DNA of 64,000 nucleotides, from positions 96,001 through 160,000 of the forward strand of contig JBBRPR010000007.1 of NCBI GenBank assembly GCA_038227875.1, read 5' to 3'. Shown in pieces: positions 1 through 11,050 of the stretch. Under the pieces are notes generated by a model, which was not told the DNA's origin, ran no database searches, and was given only the letters and a program-made list of their open reading frames with translations. The translations under genes were made by a program, and so were the position numbers. Each line of letters begins with the position of its first letter. Position 1 is the stretch's first letter. Source of the DNA: Planctomycetota bacterium. GTDB taxonomy: Bacteria > Planctomycetota > SZUA-567 > H5-PLA8.

Positions 1-231
1 TTCGAGCGCCGTGCCGTCGAAACCGGACTTCTGCAGGCTGGCCGACAAGCGGTAACCGTGCTTGGGTCCGATCGTGCGATCGGTGATGACCAGGCAGCGC
101 CGTCCTTTCACGACCTCGGCGATGATCGGCCCGGCTGTATTGAGCAGTCCGTTTTGAATGATGATGTCGTAACTGCGATCACCCAGCGGCAAGTGGATGG
201 TACGTTTGGTCGCGTTCGTGTTTTGGCTCAT
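1..231 (-). CDS. aroB: 3-dehydroquinate synthase, N-terminal 77 aa (runs off the window start)
   Basis: Manual translation MSQNTNATKRTIHLPLGDRSYDIIIQNGLL...RRCLVITDRTIG matches the typical AroB N-terminus (LGxRSYxI...IxTD). Not in the ORF track. Confidence 0.85.
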   Translation of the reverse strand, partial: MSQNTNATKRTIHLPLGDRSYDIIIQNGLLNTAGPIIAEVVKGRRCLVITDRTIGPKHGYRLSASLQKSGFDGTALE

Positions 232-491
232 GCACTGATTGAATGATGACAGCATGCGTGCGTCAAGTGAACCGTGAACGGAAAGCGCGACTCACGCGTG
301 CTGCGCTGGAGCAATTAAATTATTTATCACACGTGCGCAAGATTTATGCACTTTGAGTGGGAAATTTCGACTGACTGCTGGACAAACCACAATTTGTATT
401 ATTTCATGTCACAAGGCGGCCTTCCAACTACACAGCTTTGTACTCAGCGGTAAAAAGCGCACACGTGCTCTACCACCCGGAGCTTTCCACC

Positions 492-3400
492 ATGCGAATT
501 CTCAACAGGCGCAAACGCTACCTTTTGACTGCATTCGGATTGATCTTCGCGCTTGCCGCCATGTTACTCAACAGTTCACGTTTCTTGCCTCAAGCGCTTC
601 CGCAATCCACCGTTCAACAAATCACTGCTGCGCCAGTCCCGTCTCTTCGCGCTACGTTCGGTCTACAAAACACTCTGCCCGAGGCTTCGAACGCAGCGAT
701 CTTTAGCGTCTTTGAAAATTGGGCCAGCGGCGTGGCGTCCCGATCCAATCCGACGCTGACAACAGACGAACTCGCCTACGGCCTGGCCCTCGCGCAGACG
801 CGTCGCGTCGCGCTCTCAAAATTAATCGAGAACGATCCGCAGCAGGCACTGGAACACTCCCTGCCTTTCTCCGCGCGCCAGGCATTGCCGCAGGCCATTC
901 AGGATCAGCTGGAACATCAAGTCGACGGCCGCGGTGAATTTCGCGTCGCGATCAGCACGGCGTTGGATGGCCAGTCGACTCAGACCTTTCGTAACGCAAC
1001 CGTGAATGGGAAGACCTACAAGGCTTTCGTCTACGGCACGCGCACGACTCAGCCCTGCACGAGCAACACGGCGCTGCACGGCATCGCAGTGGGCGATTCC
1101 ATCGCGCTGCACGAAAGCCCAATCCGCGTGCTGGCGAAGGGCGAAATTCCAAACCCAAAGCTGCCGGTCCTTAATGAGGGCCTGAAGTGTCCGGTCTCCG
1201 GAATCGTCTCGCGCGAAGTGGCCGTGGATGCCGGCGGCGTGATCATCTACCTCTGCTGCGCCGGCCACATTGGGCCGATCGAGAAAAAGCTGGCCGACGG
1301 CGAAACGCTCGTCACCGCGTGGGGCACACTCACCAGCTCCTCCACCGCGGCTGCCACCAGCGGCCCGCTGCAGTCGACCTATACGACGGGCGTTAAGAAT
1401 GTCATTTTGATGCGCGTCGATTTCTCCGATGCCACGGTGGCTTCCGGCGATACGACGTTCAATTCCTCGCTGGTCTCGGGGTTGAATACCTTCTACACAC
1501 AGGGTTCCTACGGAGCGACGTCGTTCAACCTCGTCGGTTCCGGCTCAGACGTCACGCCCATCATGCGCATGCCGCAGACTTACGCGTACTACAGCGGCAA
1601 CAACTTTTACGATCAGCTTCGCGCCGACGCGAAAGCCGCGGCGGCTTTACTTGGCTATACGATTGCCAATTACAACTGGGACATCACCTGCATGAGCTCC
1701 GGGTCGGGCGGCTCGTTTGGCGGCTGGTCGGGCCTGGGCTACGTCGGCGCCCCTGGCGCGTGGGTCCGCAGCAACAGCGTTGGAGTCTCCGCACACGAAG
1801 TGGGCCACAACTACGGACTGTGGCATGCCAATTATTGGAGCACGACCAGCGACAGCATCATCGGGCCGGGCAGCAACCAGGAGTACGGCAATCAATACGA
1901 CACGATGGGTTCGGCGAACGCCGGGGCTTATCAATTCAACGCGTACGAAAAGAATGTGCTGCAGTGGCTGCCCGACGTCGACGTCACCACCGTCACAGCC
2001 AATGGTAAGTACAACATTCAACCCTTCGACAATTACACGCTTTCGGGTTCGCCGTACGCATTGAAGATCCGGCGCGACTCCACGCGCAATTACTGGGTCG
2101 ATCTGCGCCAATTGTTCACCAGCAACAACTGGGAGATGAACGGCAGCGAAATTCTCTGGAGTCCCTGGGCGCAGAGCAACGGCGGCTCGCAGTTGCTCGA
2201 TACCACGCCCTCATCGCCCAACGGCAAGAACGACGCGGCCGTGGTCGTCGGCCGCACTTTTGCCGATACCAATGCCAAAGTTTACATCACGACAGTCACC
2301 AAAAATACGACCCCGGTTTCAATGGATGTGGTCGTCAACACGGGCGATTTCCCCGGCAACAATGCGCCAGTTGTGACGCTGTCATCAACTCTCACGACCG
2401 TGGCCACGAATACCAACGTAACGCTCACTGCCAACGCCACGGACGCCGATGGCGATGGCCTCGCGTATTATTGGGAGTACGGCGACGGCAACTACAGCGT
2501 CAACAATCAGCCCACCGAAACGAAAAGCTGGAGCGCCGCCGGCGAATACCGCGTGCGCTGCACCGTCTCAGACATGAAGGGCGGCAGCACATCCAGTTCG
2601 ATCGTCATCAAGGTCGGATCGCCAACGACGTTTCGCCTGAGCGGTACCATCACCGTCGGTGGCGCTCCGCTGGTAGGTGTGCGCGTGACCGATGGCTCGC
2701 TGGTCTCGTATACCGATAGCGACGGCACCTACACGCTGGTGGGAGAAACGGCGGGCAGCAAAACGATCGCCGCCTCCAAGTTCGATTACACGTTTACTGC
2801 CGGTTTCGTCAATCCGGTCAGCGTTGCAGGAACGATGGGAAATTTGAATTTCACCGCGACGCAGAACACGCATCAGATTACTGGCTCAGTTAAGGACGGC
2901 ACGGTTGGCGTCGCCAGCGTCGTCGTCTCGGACGGCGCCCACAGCACCTCGACCGACGCATCTGGAAACTTCACGCTGACCGGTCTGCCCAACGCCTACT
3001 ACACGCTCTCCGCGATCAAACCCGGCTACCAATTCAGTGCCGCCGCTCCGGTCGAAATCCTGGGCGCCGACGCGACTCAGAATTTCTCCCGTCAGCTTTA
3101 CAGCGTCTCCGGAACAATCACGAGCGTGACCGGCGCACCCGTTGTGGACATCGGGGACGGAATCCATACAGCGACGGCCTATCTCCAAAGCGGGACCACG
3201 TACGGTTACAATATTCAGGTGCCGTCCGGTTCGTGGAATCTGCGGGCAACCCTCGCGGGATTCACGATTTCGCCGAGCAACTTCACCAACCCGTTGACCG
3301 TTTCAGGAAACCTGAGCACCACGAATTTCAGCAGCGTCGCGGGCACTACGTACACGGTCTCCGGAAACATCACCGCTGGCTCCACGCCTTTCCCGGGCGT

Positions 3401-5627
3401 CGTTGTCTCCGCCGGAGCGAAGTCGTCCACCACCGACTCCGTCGGTAATTACACCATCCCCGGATTAGCCAACGGCTCGTACACCGTCACACCTTCGTAC
3501 TCCGGCGCCACGTTCACTCCGGCGAACACGCCAGTGACGATTGCGTCCGCCAACGCGACGGGAAAAAATTTCGTTGGGACGTATCCGTTCACCATCCTCA
3601 CGGCCTCTCCCATGCCGCTGGGCGTGATCAATACCGCGTACAACCAGACGCTTTCGGCGGTATCCGGCCAGACGCCGTTCACCTGGGCGATTTCCGGCGG
3701 AGCGCTGCCATCGGGACTCGCGTTGAATTCGGCAGGCTCGATCGCCGGCACGCCCACCGCATCGGGCACGTTCAATTTCACGTTGCAAGTCACGGATAAT
3801 CTCGGCGCCGTCGCGACCAAGGCCATTGCGCTGACCATCAATCCGTCACTGACTGTCACCACGCCCAACTTGACTGCTCCGATTAGTTCAGCCTATTCCT
3901 CGGCGATGTCCGCCGCCGGTGGGCTCCCCCCATATCTCTTCTGGTGGGTTGGCTCGGGCTCGCTGCCGACGGGGTTGTCCCTTAATTCCACTACGGGTGT
4001 GCTAAGCGGCACGCCAACGGTGACGGGCACCTATAACTTCACCGTCTATGTGCAGGACAGCGTCTACACCACCGCAAACAAAGCTTTGACGATGACCATC
4101 ACCCGCGTCGGCATCGACACCACATCGCTTCCTGCCGGCGATGTGGCGACGCCATACTCCCAGGCGCTCGTAGCCAGCAAGGGCGCGCTGCCGTACGCCT
4201 GGACCATTACCACCGGAACGCTCCCTGCCGGATTAACGATGTCGTCCGCGGGCGTCATCAGCGGAACTCCCACGGCCGTGGCGACCGCAAACTTCACTGT
4301 GAAAGTCACCGACAAAGGCAACGTCACCGCGACGCAGGCCCTGAGCATCACGATCAATTCGCCCTTGGCGATCACCACGACAACGTTGCCGCGCTTTGAT
4401 GTGGGCTCAGCGTATTCCCAGACCATTTTCTCAACCGGCGGAACCGCGCCGGTCTCGTGGTCGATCACCGCCGGAGTGACACCCGTCGGCATGACACTCG
4501 ACTCCACCGGCATATTGAGCGGCACACCCACGGCGCCCACAACGGGCACTTTCACTGCCACCGCAACGGACTTGGCTGGCGCGGTGGTCTCTCAGGACTT
4601 TATCGTTACGGCTAACCTGCCTCTTTCGATTTCCAGCACCTCACCCTTCCGCGGCACGGTGGGGACTCCATATGCAAAGCCCATCGAACAGATCGGTGGC
4701 ATGCCGCCATTTACGTGGACGCTGGTCAGTGGTCAATTGCCGGCGGGGCTGACGCTTACGCCGTCGGGCCTGATCACCGGCACGCCGGCCACGGTGGGCA
4801 GTGCGACGTTCAAAGTTTCAGTGGTAGATTCGACGGCGGGGACCAGTGCCGCAACCTTCACGCTCGACATTGTCCCGCCGAACGTCGCGCCAGTGGTGAC
4901 ATCCGGAATTATTCCCAATCCGTACCAGCCTGGAATCGGCGTCAACGTCACGTTTGTCTACGGCGTCAGCGATACGAACGGCGATACCCTGACGTACGCG
5001 TGGGATTTCGGCGACGGTACCACCGACACCGCCGCCAGTCCCGTGCATGCGTACTCCGCGCTGGGCACTTACACCGTGCAAGCGACCGCGACGGATCCAG
5101 GCGGCCTGAGCGTCACAAGTACCTTGAGCCTTACCGTACTTGAAGTCACCGGCAGCGGCTTGCCGCCAGGCACGGTGCAAATGACTGTCTCAAAGGTGCA
5201 AGGCAGCGCCAAGTTCTCCGGCGGCGGACACGACAGCGTCAGCTTCAGCGGTAGCATTCCGAACGTGCCCAAGGGCTTCACTACGCTCGGCAAGACGCTG
5301 TCCGTGAATTACGGCGGCGCACTGGCGACGTTCACGCTCGACGCGAAGGGCAAGGCGCACAGCAACAACGGCTCGGTGACGCTGAAGTTCAAGAGTCTTA
5401 AGGACAAGGCGACCAAGCAGCTGATTTTCCAGGGCGGCACGGTCGGGTTCCAGATCAAGCTGACCAATGGAACGTGGGTCACGACCTGGGGCATGGACCC
5501 CAACGCCACCACGACCGGGACGAAGGTTATGACCGCCACCATCCAGCTGGACGGCACGCTCTACGGCGCGGTCACCAATGTGAAGTACTCGGGGAAGGCA
5601 AAAGTCGGCGGCAAGTTCAAGAAGTAG
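492..5627 (+). CDS. Large secreted metzincin metalloprotease (M11/M6-like) with PKD, carboxypeptidase-regulatory-like and Ig (He_PIG-like) repeats
   Basis: N-terminal TM/signal after MRILNRRKRY. HEVGHNYGLWH zinc motif and DTMG Met-turn. PKD motifs (YYWEYGDG, YAWDFGDG...HAY). Repeated GxLPxGLxL...GxISGTPT. ATG 492 preferred over the track start at 438. Confidence 0.85.
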   Translation: MRILNRRKRYLLTAFGLIFALAAMLLNSSRFLPQALPQSTVQQITAAPVPSLRATFGLQNTLPEASNAAIFSVFENWASGVASRSNPTLTTDELAYGLALAQTRRVALSKLIENDPQQALEHSLPFSARQALPQAIQDQLEHQVDGRGEFRVAISTALDGQSTQTFRNATVNGKTYKAFVYGTRTTQPCTSNTALHGIAVGDSIALHESPIRVLAKGEIPNPKLPVLNEGLKCPVSGIVSREVAVDAGGVIIYLCCAGHIGPIEKKLADGETLVTAWGTLTSSSTAAATSGPLQSTYTTGVKNVILMRVDFSDATVASGDTTFNSSLVSGLNTFYTQGSYGATSFNLVGSGSDVTPIMRMPQTYAYYSGNNFYDQLRADAKAAAALLGYTIANYNWDITCMSSGSGGSFGGWSGLGYVGAPGAWVRSNSVGVSAHEVGHNYGLWHANYWSTTSDSIIGPGSNQEYGNQYDTMGSANAGAYQFNAYEKNVLQWLPDVDVTTVTANGKYNIQPFDNYTLSGSPYALKIRRDSTRNYWVDLRQLFTSNNWEMNGSEILWSPWAQSNGGSQLLDTTPSSPNGKNDAAVVVGRTFADTNAKVYITTVTKNTTPVSMDVVVNTGDFPGNNAPVVTLSSTLTTVATNTNVTLTANATDADGDGLAYYWEYGDGNYSVNNQPTETKSWSAAGEYRVRCTVSDMKGGSTSSSIVIKVGSPTTFRLSGTITVGGAPLVGVRVTDGSLVSYTDSDGTYTLVGETAGSKTIAASKFDYTFTAGFVNPVSVAGTMGNLNFTATQNTHQITGSVKDGTVGVASVVVSDGAHSTSTDASGNFTLTGLPNAYYTLSAIKPGYQFSAAAPVEILGADATQNFSRQLYSVSGTITSVTGAPVVDIGDGIHTATAYLQSGTTYGYNIQVPSGSWNLRATLAGFTISPSNFTNPLTVSGNLSTTNFSSVAGTTYTVSGNITAGSTPFPGVVVSAGAKSSTTDSVGNYTIPGLANGSYTVTPSYSGATFTPANTPVTIASANATGKNFVGTYPFTILTASPMPLGVINTAYNQTLSAVSGQTPFTWAISGGALPSGLALNSAGSIAGTPTASGTFNFTLQVTDNLGAVATKAIALTINPSLTVTTPNLTAPISSAYSSAMSAAGGLPPYLFWWVGSGSLPTGLSLNSTTGVLSGTPTVTGTYNFTVYVQDSVYTTANKALTMTITRVGIDTTSLPAGDVATPYSQALVASKGALPYAWTITTGTLPAGLTMSSAGVISGTPTAVATANFTVKVTDKGNVTATQALSITINSPLAITTTTLPRFDVGSAYSQTIFSTGGTAPVSWSITAGVTPVGMTLDSTGILSGTPTAPTTGTFTATATDLAGAVVSQDFIVTANLPLSISSTSPFRGTVGTPYAKPIEQIGGMPPFTWTLVSGQLPAGLTLTPSGLITGTPATVGSATFKVSVVDSTAGTSAATFTLDIVPPNVAPVVTSGIIPNPYQPGIGVNVTFVYGVSDTNGDTLTYAWDFGDGTTDTAASPVHAYSALGTYTVQATATDPGGLSVTSTLSLTVLEVTGSGLPPGTVQMTVSKVQGSAKFSGGGHDSVSFSGSIPNVPKGFTTLGKTLSVNYGGALATFTLDAKGKAHSNNGSVTLKFKSLKDKATKQLIFQGGTVGFQIKLTNGTWVTTWGMDPNATTTGTKVMTATIQLDGTLYGAVTNVKYSGKAKVGGKFKK

Positions 5628-7101
5628 CTTCGGAAGCGGACGGATTCGGCCGTAGCTGCCACAGCGCCACGGCCAGTGCGATGAACAGCAGCAGCGTTGA
5701 CCATGTCGTCAGGCCCAGCGCCTGAATCGTCTGGCTCAGCTTGCTGCCCCAAATCGCCTTCGACGTCAGCCCGCCGCCACAACCCAACAAGAACAGCGCG
5801 GCCCACGCCAGCGTCTTTGCCGCGCCACGCAAGCGGCTTTGCTGCAGCAGCACGATCAGCACCGAAACGGGAATCAGCAGCACAACCAGGTGCGCCATGC
5901 GCGTCAGCGGCGCGACGAGCACCATTGCCGTGGTCGTGAGCGACCAGGATAGCGCGATGGGCAGCGCTCCCGCGCGCGTCCACGCCGGGAACGTCAGCAC
6001 CACCGTCGCCAGCAATAGCACCAGCGCGAGAATGTCGGCGGCCGTCTGCGCCTGTTTCGGCTCGAGATTCATGATGTTGACGCTGCGGTCGCCTTCCAGG
6101 TCGTCGCGCGTCAGCGCTTCGGTCTCCGAAAGCATTTTCATCAGCGTGCCGCGGAAACTGATGCCCACCGCGCGCGGCAACTCGTCGGGGTTCGCTGCTT
6201 TTTTCGGGCGGCCGATCAAGATCTCCTGCGGCGTGTCGTCTTCATCGGCCATCGCCTTGTCGCGCGCATGCTCGGTGAACACTTTCAGCGCCGTCCAGTT
6301 TTTGGAGAATCCCAGCAGCAGCGCCGGCACGAACAGCAGGAACAACGCCAGCCCCACCGCTCCGCCCAGCATCGCCCAGCGCCGGAAGGTCCAGAAAAAG
6401 TAGACGCCGAAGAGTCCCGGCGTGAGCTTGAACGTCGTCGCCAGAGCCACGACGATGCCGGAGAAAAATTCACGCAGCCAACTCCGTCTTGCGGTTGCCG
6501 ATACTTCTGGTGGCTTTGCGATGTCCGTAAACAGATACAGTGCCAGCGCCAGGCAGAAGAAGCAGTACAAGTTGGCGTTGCCGCCGCGCAGATTCGAATG
6601 CAGGTACTGCCAGCAGACCGCAACGGCGAAGAGGCAACCCAGCTCCGGTCGCCGCCAGATGCTCTCCGTGCCGCTGGTCGGTGGTACGAGAACTTTCCAG
6701 ACCAGCCACAACCCCGCAGCCAGCAACACCAGGTTGAGCACGAAAAAGACGGCGACGGCCGTATTGTGCGAAAACAGGGACAGCGGCGCCATCGGAAACA
6801 CCGCGAACATCGCCGGGTAGATGTACGGACGCACCGGCGTCGAGGAGGCGCGGTAGTCGTAAATGTTCTCGCCTTTGCGCGCCAGCTCGCCGGCCGAATA
6901 GTACGCCGTGAAATCCGAACCGTGCGGCCGCTTCTTCGCCTCTTCCAGCGTCTCGTTCGGCTTCGGATCCTTGTAGATGGAATGGCGCACGACATCGACG
7001 CCGTAATTCGTGAAGAAGGCCACGAGCACCACGGCCAGCACGCGAAAATGGATCCGGTACGGATCAGAAACCGTCGGCGGCTTCACGGCGTCGTCTGCCA
7101 C
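5617..7101 (-). CDS. GT87/DUF2029-family membrane glycosyltransferase (GT-C fold)
   Basis: GSDFTAYYSAG...G.NIY...YIYP motif, GNAN, FKLTPG and multiple TM helices. Confidence 0.8.
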   Translation of the reverse strand: MADDAVKPPTVSDPYRIHFRVLAVVLVAFFTNYGVDVVRHSIYKDPKPNETLEEAKKRPHGSDFTAYYSAGELARKGENIYDYRASSTPVRPYIYPAMFAVFPMAPLSLFSHNTAVAVFFVLNLVLLAAGLWLVWKVLVPPTSGTESIWRRPELGCLFAVAVCWQYLHSNLRGGNANLYCFFCLALALYLFTDIAKPPEVSATARRSWLREFFSGIVVALATTFKLTPGLFGVYFFWTFRRWAMLGGAVGLALFLLFVPALLLGFSKNWTALKVFTEHARDKAMADEDDTPQEILIGRPKKAANPDELPRAVGISFRGTLMKMLSETEALTRDDLEGDRSVNIMNLEPKQAQTAADILALVLLLATVVLTFPAWTRAGALPIALSWSLTTTAMVLVAPLTRMAHLVVLLIPVSVLIVLLQQSRLRGAAKTLAWAALFLLGCGGGLTSKAIWGSKLSQTIQALGLTTWSTLLLFIALAVALWQLRPNPSASEATS

Positions 7102-7103
7102 GA

Positions 7104-8405
7104 TCAGGAGAGATCCTCGTCGCCCGATGGCGTGGGTGGCGTGGGTGATTCGGGCGGCTCGGGCGGCGCGGGTGATTCGGGTGATTCGGGCGGTTCGGGC
7201 GGTTCGGGCGAAGTCGGACTGGTTAGCGGTGCAGGCGACGAAGCCACAGTGCTGGGCGCGTGCGACAACGCCATCGCTCCCGCCCAGGCCGAGACATCGC
7301 CCAGCGACCGCGCCGTGGAAGCAAGCAGCTCGAATTCCTTCGCTTCAATGCACAGATCATAGAACGACGGAATGTAGAGCCCCGGCGCTTCCGGCGGATT
7401 CTCGCTCAGGTGTTTCAGCCACAGGTCCAGCGCCTTCCGTTTCTGCCCCACGCGGTAAACCAGCGAGACAATCCACTCGATCGACCCCGGATCCATCCCC
7501 GAATCGTAACCCGAAAGCTTGGCCGTGAAGTGATCGACCGCGTCGTCGACGTTTTCGCCCAGCAACGCGCGCGCGTACTTGATGTGATCGAGAAATCCGT
7601 CCTCAAACGGCGCATCCGTGGCCGCGCCGAAACGCTTGTCCAGCAGCTTGCCGTATTCGTTGATCGACAGCGTCATGATCTGCTCGGGCTGCGTGTCGCT
7701 GAGCAGTCCGTAGCGCGAAACCGCGGAAATATGCGTCGGATCCGCGTGTGTGTTCGCATTTTCAAAAAGCCACGGGCGGTGGCGGATCAGATCGACGAGA
7801 TCGGTCTCCGGCGGAATCTCGCCGAAGCGCTCAAAAATCTGCTTCGAAACTCCGATCACCAGTTCTGTGTACAACTCTCCCGCCATCAGCCCAGCCGCAT
7901 GCTTGCGCACCGCCAGATCCACGCCGCGCGCCGAATCAAAGAGGGTAATCGTGCGACACAGTCCGTCGCGCTTCAGCACCAGCTCGAATCCGCGCCTGGG
8001 ATGCACGCCTTCGTCGAGCGCAATATGCAGCGTCTCATCCGTGGCGCCTTGCGGATCGACTTTCTCCAGCGCTTCACGAATGGGCTGGCGGTCGCCGACG
8101 CTACGGAAATACCGCCACGCTTCGACAATCTTGCCGTCTTTCAAATACTCAAGCCCCGTCTGGCGGCACGTCTCTTCGACGTAGCTCTCGTACGCCTTTC
8201 GCACGCTGTCGGGAAAGTCGCTCAAGTCGCCGGGGTTGATCAGCGGCAGGCCCAGCTCCATCCGCTTCTTCAGCAGCAGCGCGCGAAAGACCCCGTGTGG
8301 CGAACCGTCCGCGCGCAGTCGCTCGAGCAGCGCCTGAATGCCGGCCGCGCCGCCGTTCGCGTCGAAGGTCTCTTGGAGTGCATCGAAGGGAGTCGCGTCG
8401 CTCAT
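7104..8405 (-). CDS. Hypothetical helical protein with Pro/Glu/Ser-rich tail
   Basis: 433-aa ORF packed co-directionally with its neighbours. No recognisable catalytic motif. Confidence 0.75.
   Translation of the reverse strand: MSDATPFDALQETFDANGGAAGIQALLERLRADGSPHGVFRALLLKKRMELGLPLINPGDLSDFPDSVRKAYESYVEETCRQTGLEYLKDGKIVEAWRYFRSVGDRQPIREALEKVDPQGATDETLHIALDEGVHPRRGFELVLKRDGLCRTITLFDSARGVDLAVRKHAAGLMAGELYTELVIGVSKQIFERFGEIPPETDLVDLIRHRPWLFENANTHADPTHISAVSRYGLLSDTQPEQIMTLSINEYGKLLDKRFGAATDAPFEDGFLDHIKYARALLGENVDDAVDHFTAKLSGYDSGMDPGSIEWIVSLVYRVGQKRKALDLWLKHLSENPPEAPGLYIPSFYDLCIEAKEFELLASTARSLGDVSAWAGAMALSHAPSTVASSPAPLTSPTSPEPPEPPESPESPAPPEPPESPTPPTPSGDEDLS
7127..7217. repeat. Coding 9-bp tandem repeat giving PPE/PES/PPT
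   Basis: GGCGTGGGT / GATTCGGGT / GGTTCGGGC units on the + strand. Confidence 0.8.
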
Positions 8406-8415
8406 GCAGTCCGTT

Positions 8416-8928
8416 TCAGGCCCGGGCGTGCTTCACGAGATGCCCTGCTTCGGGCAGGATGATCTTTTCCATCGCCAGCCGGCACGCCTTGGGACTGCCC
8501 GGCAGGCAGAAAACGATTTTGTTTCGCACCACGCCCGCCGTCGCGCGCGAAAGCAGGCAGGCCATTCCCACTTCCTCATAACTGAGGTGCGCGAACATGA
8601 CCGCGAACGCCGGAATCTCTTTTTCGAACAGCGGCGTCACCGCTTCGACTGTGACGTCCATCGGGCTCAACCCCGTGCCGCCGGTCATCACGATCAGGTC
8701 GAGCTCCTCCATCAACGCCAGTTTCGAGAGCGTCGAGGCGATGCTGGGCGCGTCGTCTTTCAAAATCTCATACCAGACCACCGTGTGTCCGGCGCCCGTG
8801 AGCCCGTCGCGAATGCACTGGCCGCCCGTGTCGTTCTCTTTCGTCCGCGTCGTCGACAACGTCATCACCGCCGCGCGAAGCTGCTTCGGCGCGCTGGCGC
8901 GGTGTTGGGTTACGGAATCTGTAGCCAT
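8416..8928 (-). CDS. moaB: Molybdenum cofactor biosynthesis protein, MoaB/MogA family
   Basis: TLSTTR..ENDTGG, DLIVMTGGTGLSPMDVT, SRATAG and FCLPGSP motifs. Confidence 0.9.
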   Translation of the reverse strand: MATDSVTQHRASAPKQLRAAVMTLSTTRTKENDTGGQCIRDGLTGAGHTVVWYEILKDDAPSIASTLSKLALMEELDLIVMTGGTGLSPMDVTVEAVTPLFEKEIPAFAVMFAHLSYEEVGMACLLSRATAGVVRNKIVFCLPGSPKACRLAMEKIILPEAGHLVKHARA

Positions 8929-8988
8929 GCGCCGCATGTTACTTCGGCCACTGTCGAACGGAAAGTGCAGGCATCTCTCCCCTCTCAC

Positions 8989-9300
8989 TCAAGGGGAGAG
9001 CGTTTTGATGCGCGCGCTCGCCGCGCTCAATTCCACGCCCATTACTTGCACCTGCTTGTTTCGAGACGTCTGCCCCGCGACCACCGCCGCGCTGCGTTTG
9101 CCGACGCCAAAAAACTCAGCGAGCAGCGCTTCAACTTCCGCGTTCGCTTTTCCTTTTTCCGGAGCGGAGCGCACCGCAACTTTCAACGCGCCGCCGAGAA
9201 TGCCGCGCATTTCCGAGCGCGACGATCCGGCCGACACGATCACATTGACGCAAATGCCGCCGGAAATGGCGCGAAGTTTGACGGAGGGATCAGTCGTCAT
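8989..9300 (-). CDS. DUF167 (YggU-like) protein
   Basis: LKVAVRSAPEKGKAN...GQTSRNK motif. Confidence 0.85.
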   Translation of the reverse strand: MTTDPSVKLRAISGGICVNVIVSAGSSRSEMRGILGGALKVAVRSAPEKGKANAEVEALLAEFFGVGKRSAAVVAGQTSRNKQVQVMGVELSAASARIKTLSP

Positions 9301-9640
9301 AGCGCTGCTTCGACGTGCTGAGCACGATCAAGCGAAAACAGAATCTACCTATCACGAGCACCACAGTCCAAAATATCGTCCAAGCACAGACATTTCCGAA
9401 TACTCCATACGGATGTGATGTGATTGTTGGAGGGTCGTCAGGACCAATCATTGCAAGTATGGTTAAGGCGTCATAGTTCGAAAAAGGAATGCCGAAATGA
9501 CATCGGTTTCCAAAGGCACCGTTTCCAAAGGTACCGTTTTCCATATAAACTTCGCCAGTCGTTGGATAATGGTAAGTGACAACAACACTGATACCGCAAA
9601 GCAACATTACGACCAGCATTTCGCTCAGCCGAAATCGCAC
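9290..9640 (-). CDS. Small AT-rich membrane protein with N-terminal RFxL motif
   Basis: Two hydrophobic segments and visibly lower GC than the flanks. Start uncertain. Confidence 0.55.
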   Translation of the reverse strand: MRFRLSEMLVVMLLCGISVVVTYHYPTTGEVYMENGTFGNGAFGNRCHFGIPFSNYDALTILAMIGPDDPPTITSHPYGVFGNVCAWTIFWTVVLVIGRFCFRLIVLSTSKQRYDD

Positions 9641-9671
9641 GTCATAGTTTCCAGTGTTGTTCGCGCGCCAT

Positions 9672-9708
9672 TCAACTCAAAACTAAAAATTCAAAACTCA
9701 AAACTGTC
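9672..9708. repeat. Heptamer tandem repeat, family A (TCAAAAC/GTTTTGA)
   Basis: TCAACTCAAAACTAAAAATTCAAAACTCAAAACTGTC, nearly the reverse complement of 13409-13444. Confidence 0.85.
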
Positions 9709-9713
9709 CCCAC

Positions 9714-10958
<1,245 letters not shown>

Positions 10959-10964
10959 GTCGAC

Positions 10965-10995
10965 GAGGACTGAGGACTGAGGACTGAGGGCCGAG
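10965..10995. repeat. Heptamer tandem repeat (GAGGACT)x3-4
   Basis: GAGGACTGAGGACTGAGGACTGAGGGCCGAG between proC and the kinase gene. Confidence 0.8.
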
Positions 10996-11050
10996 TGTGT
11001 AAACACGGCACGCAATGCTTCAATTCCCGGTCCTTGATCCTCCCAGTTTG

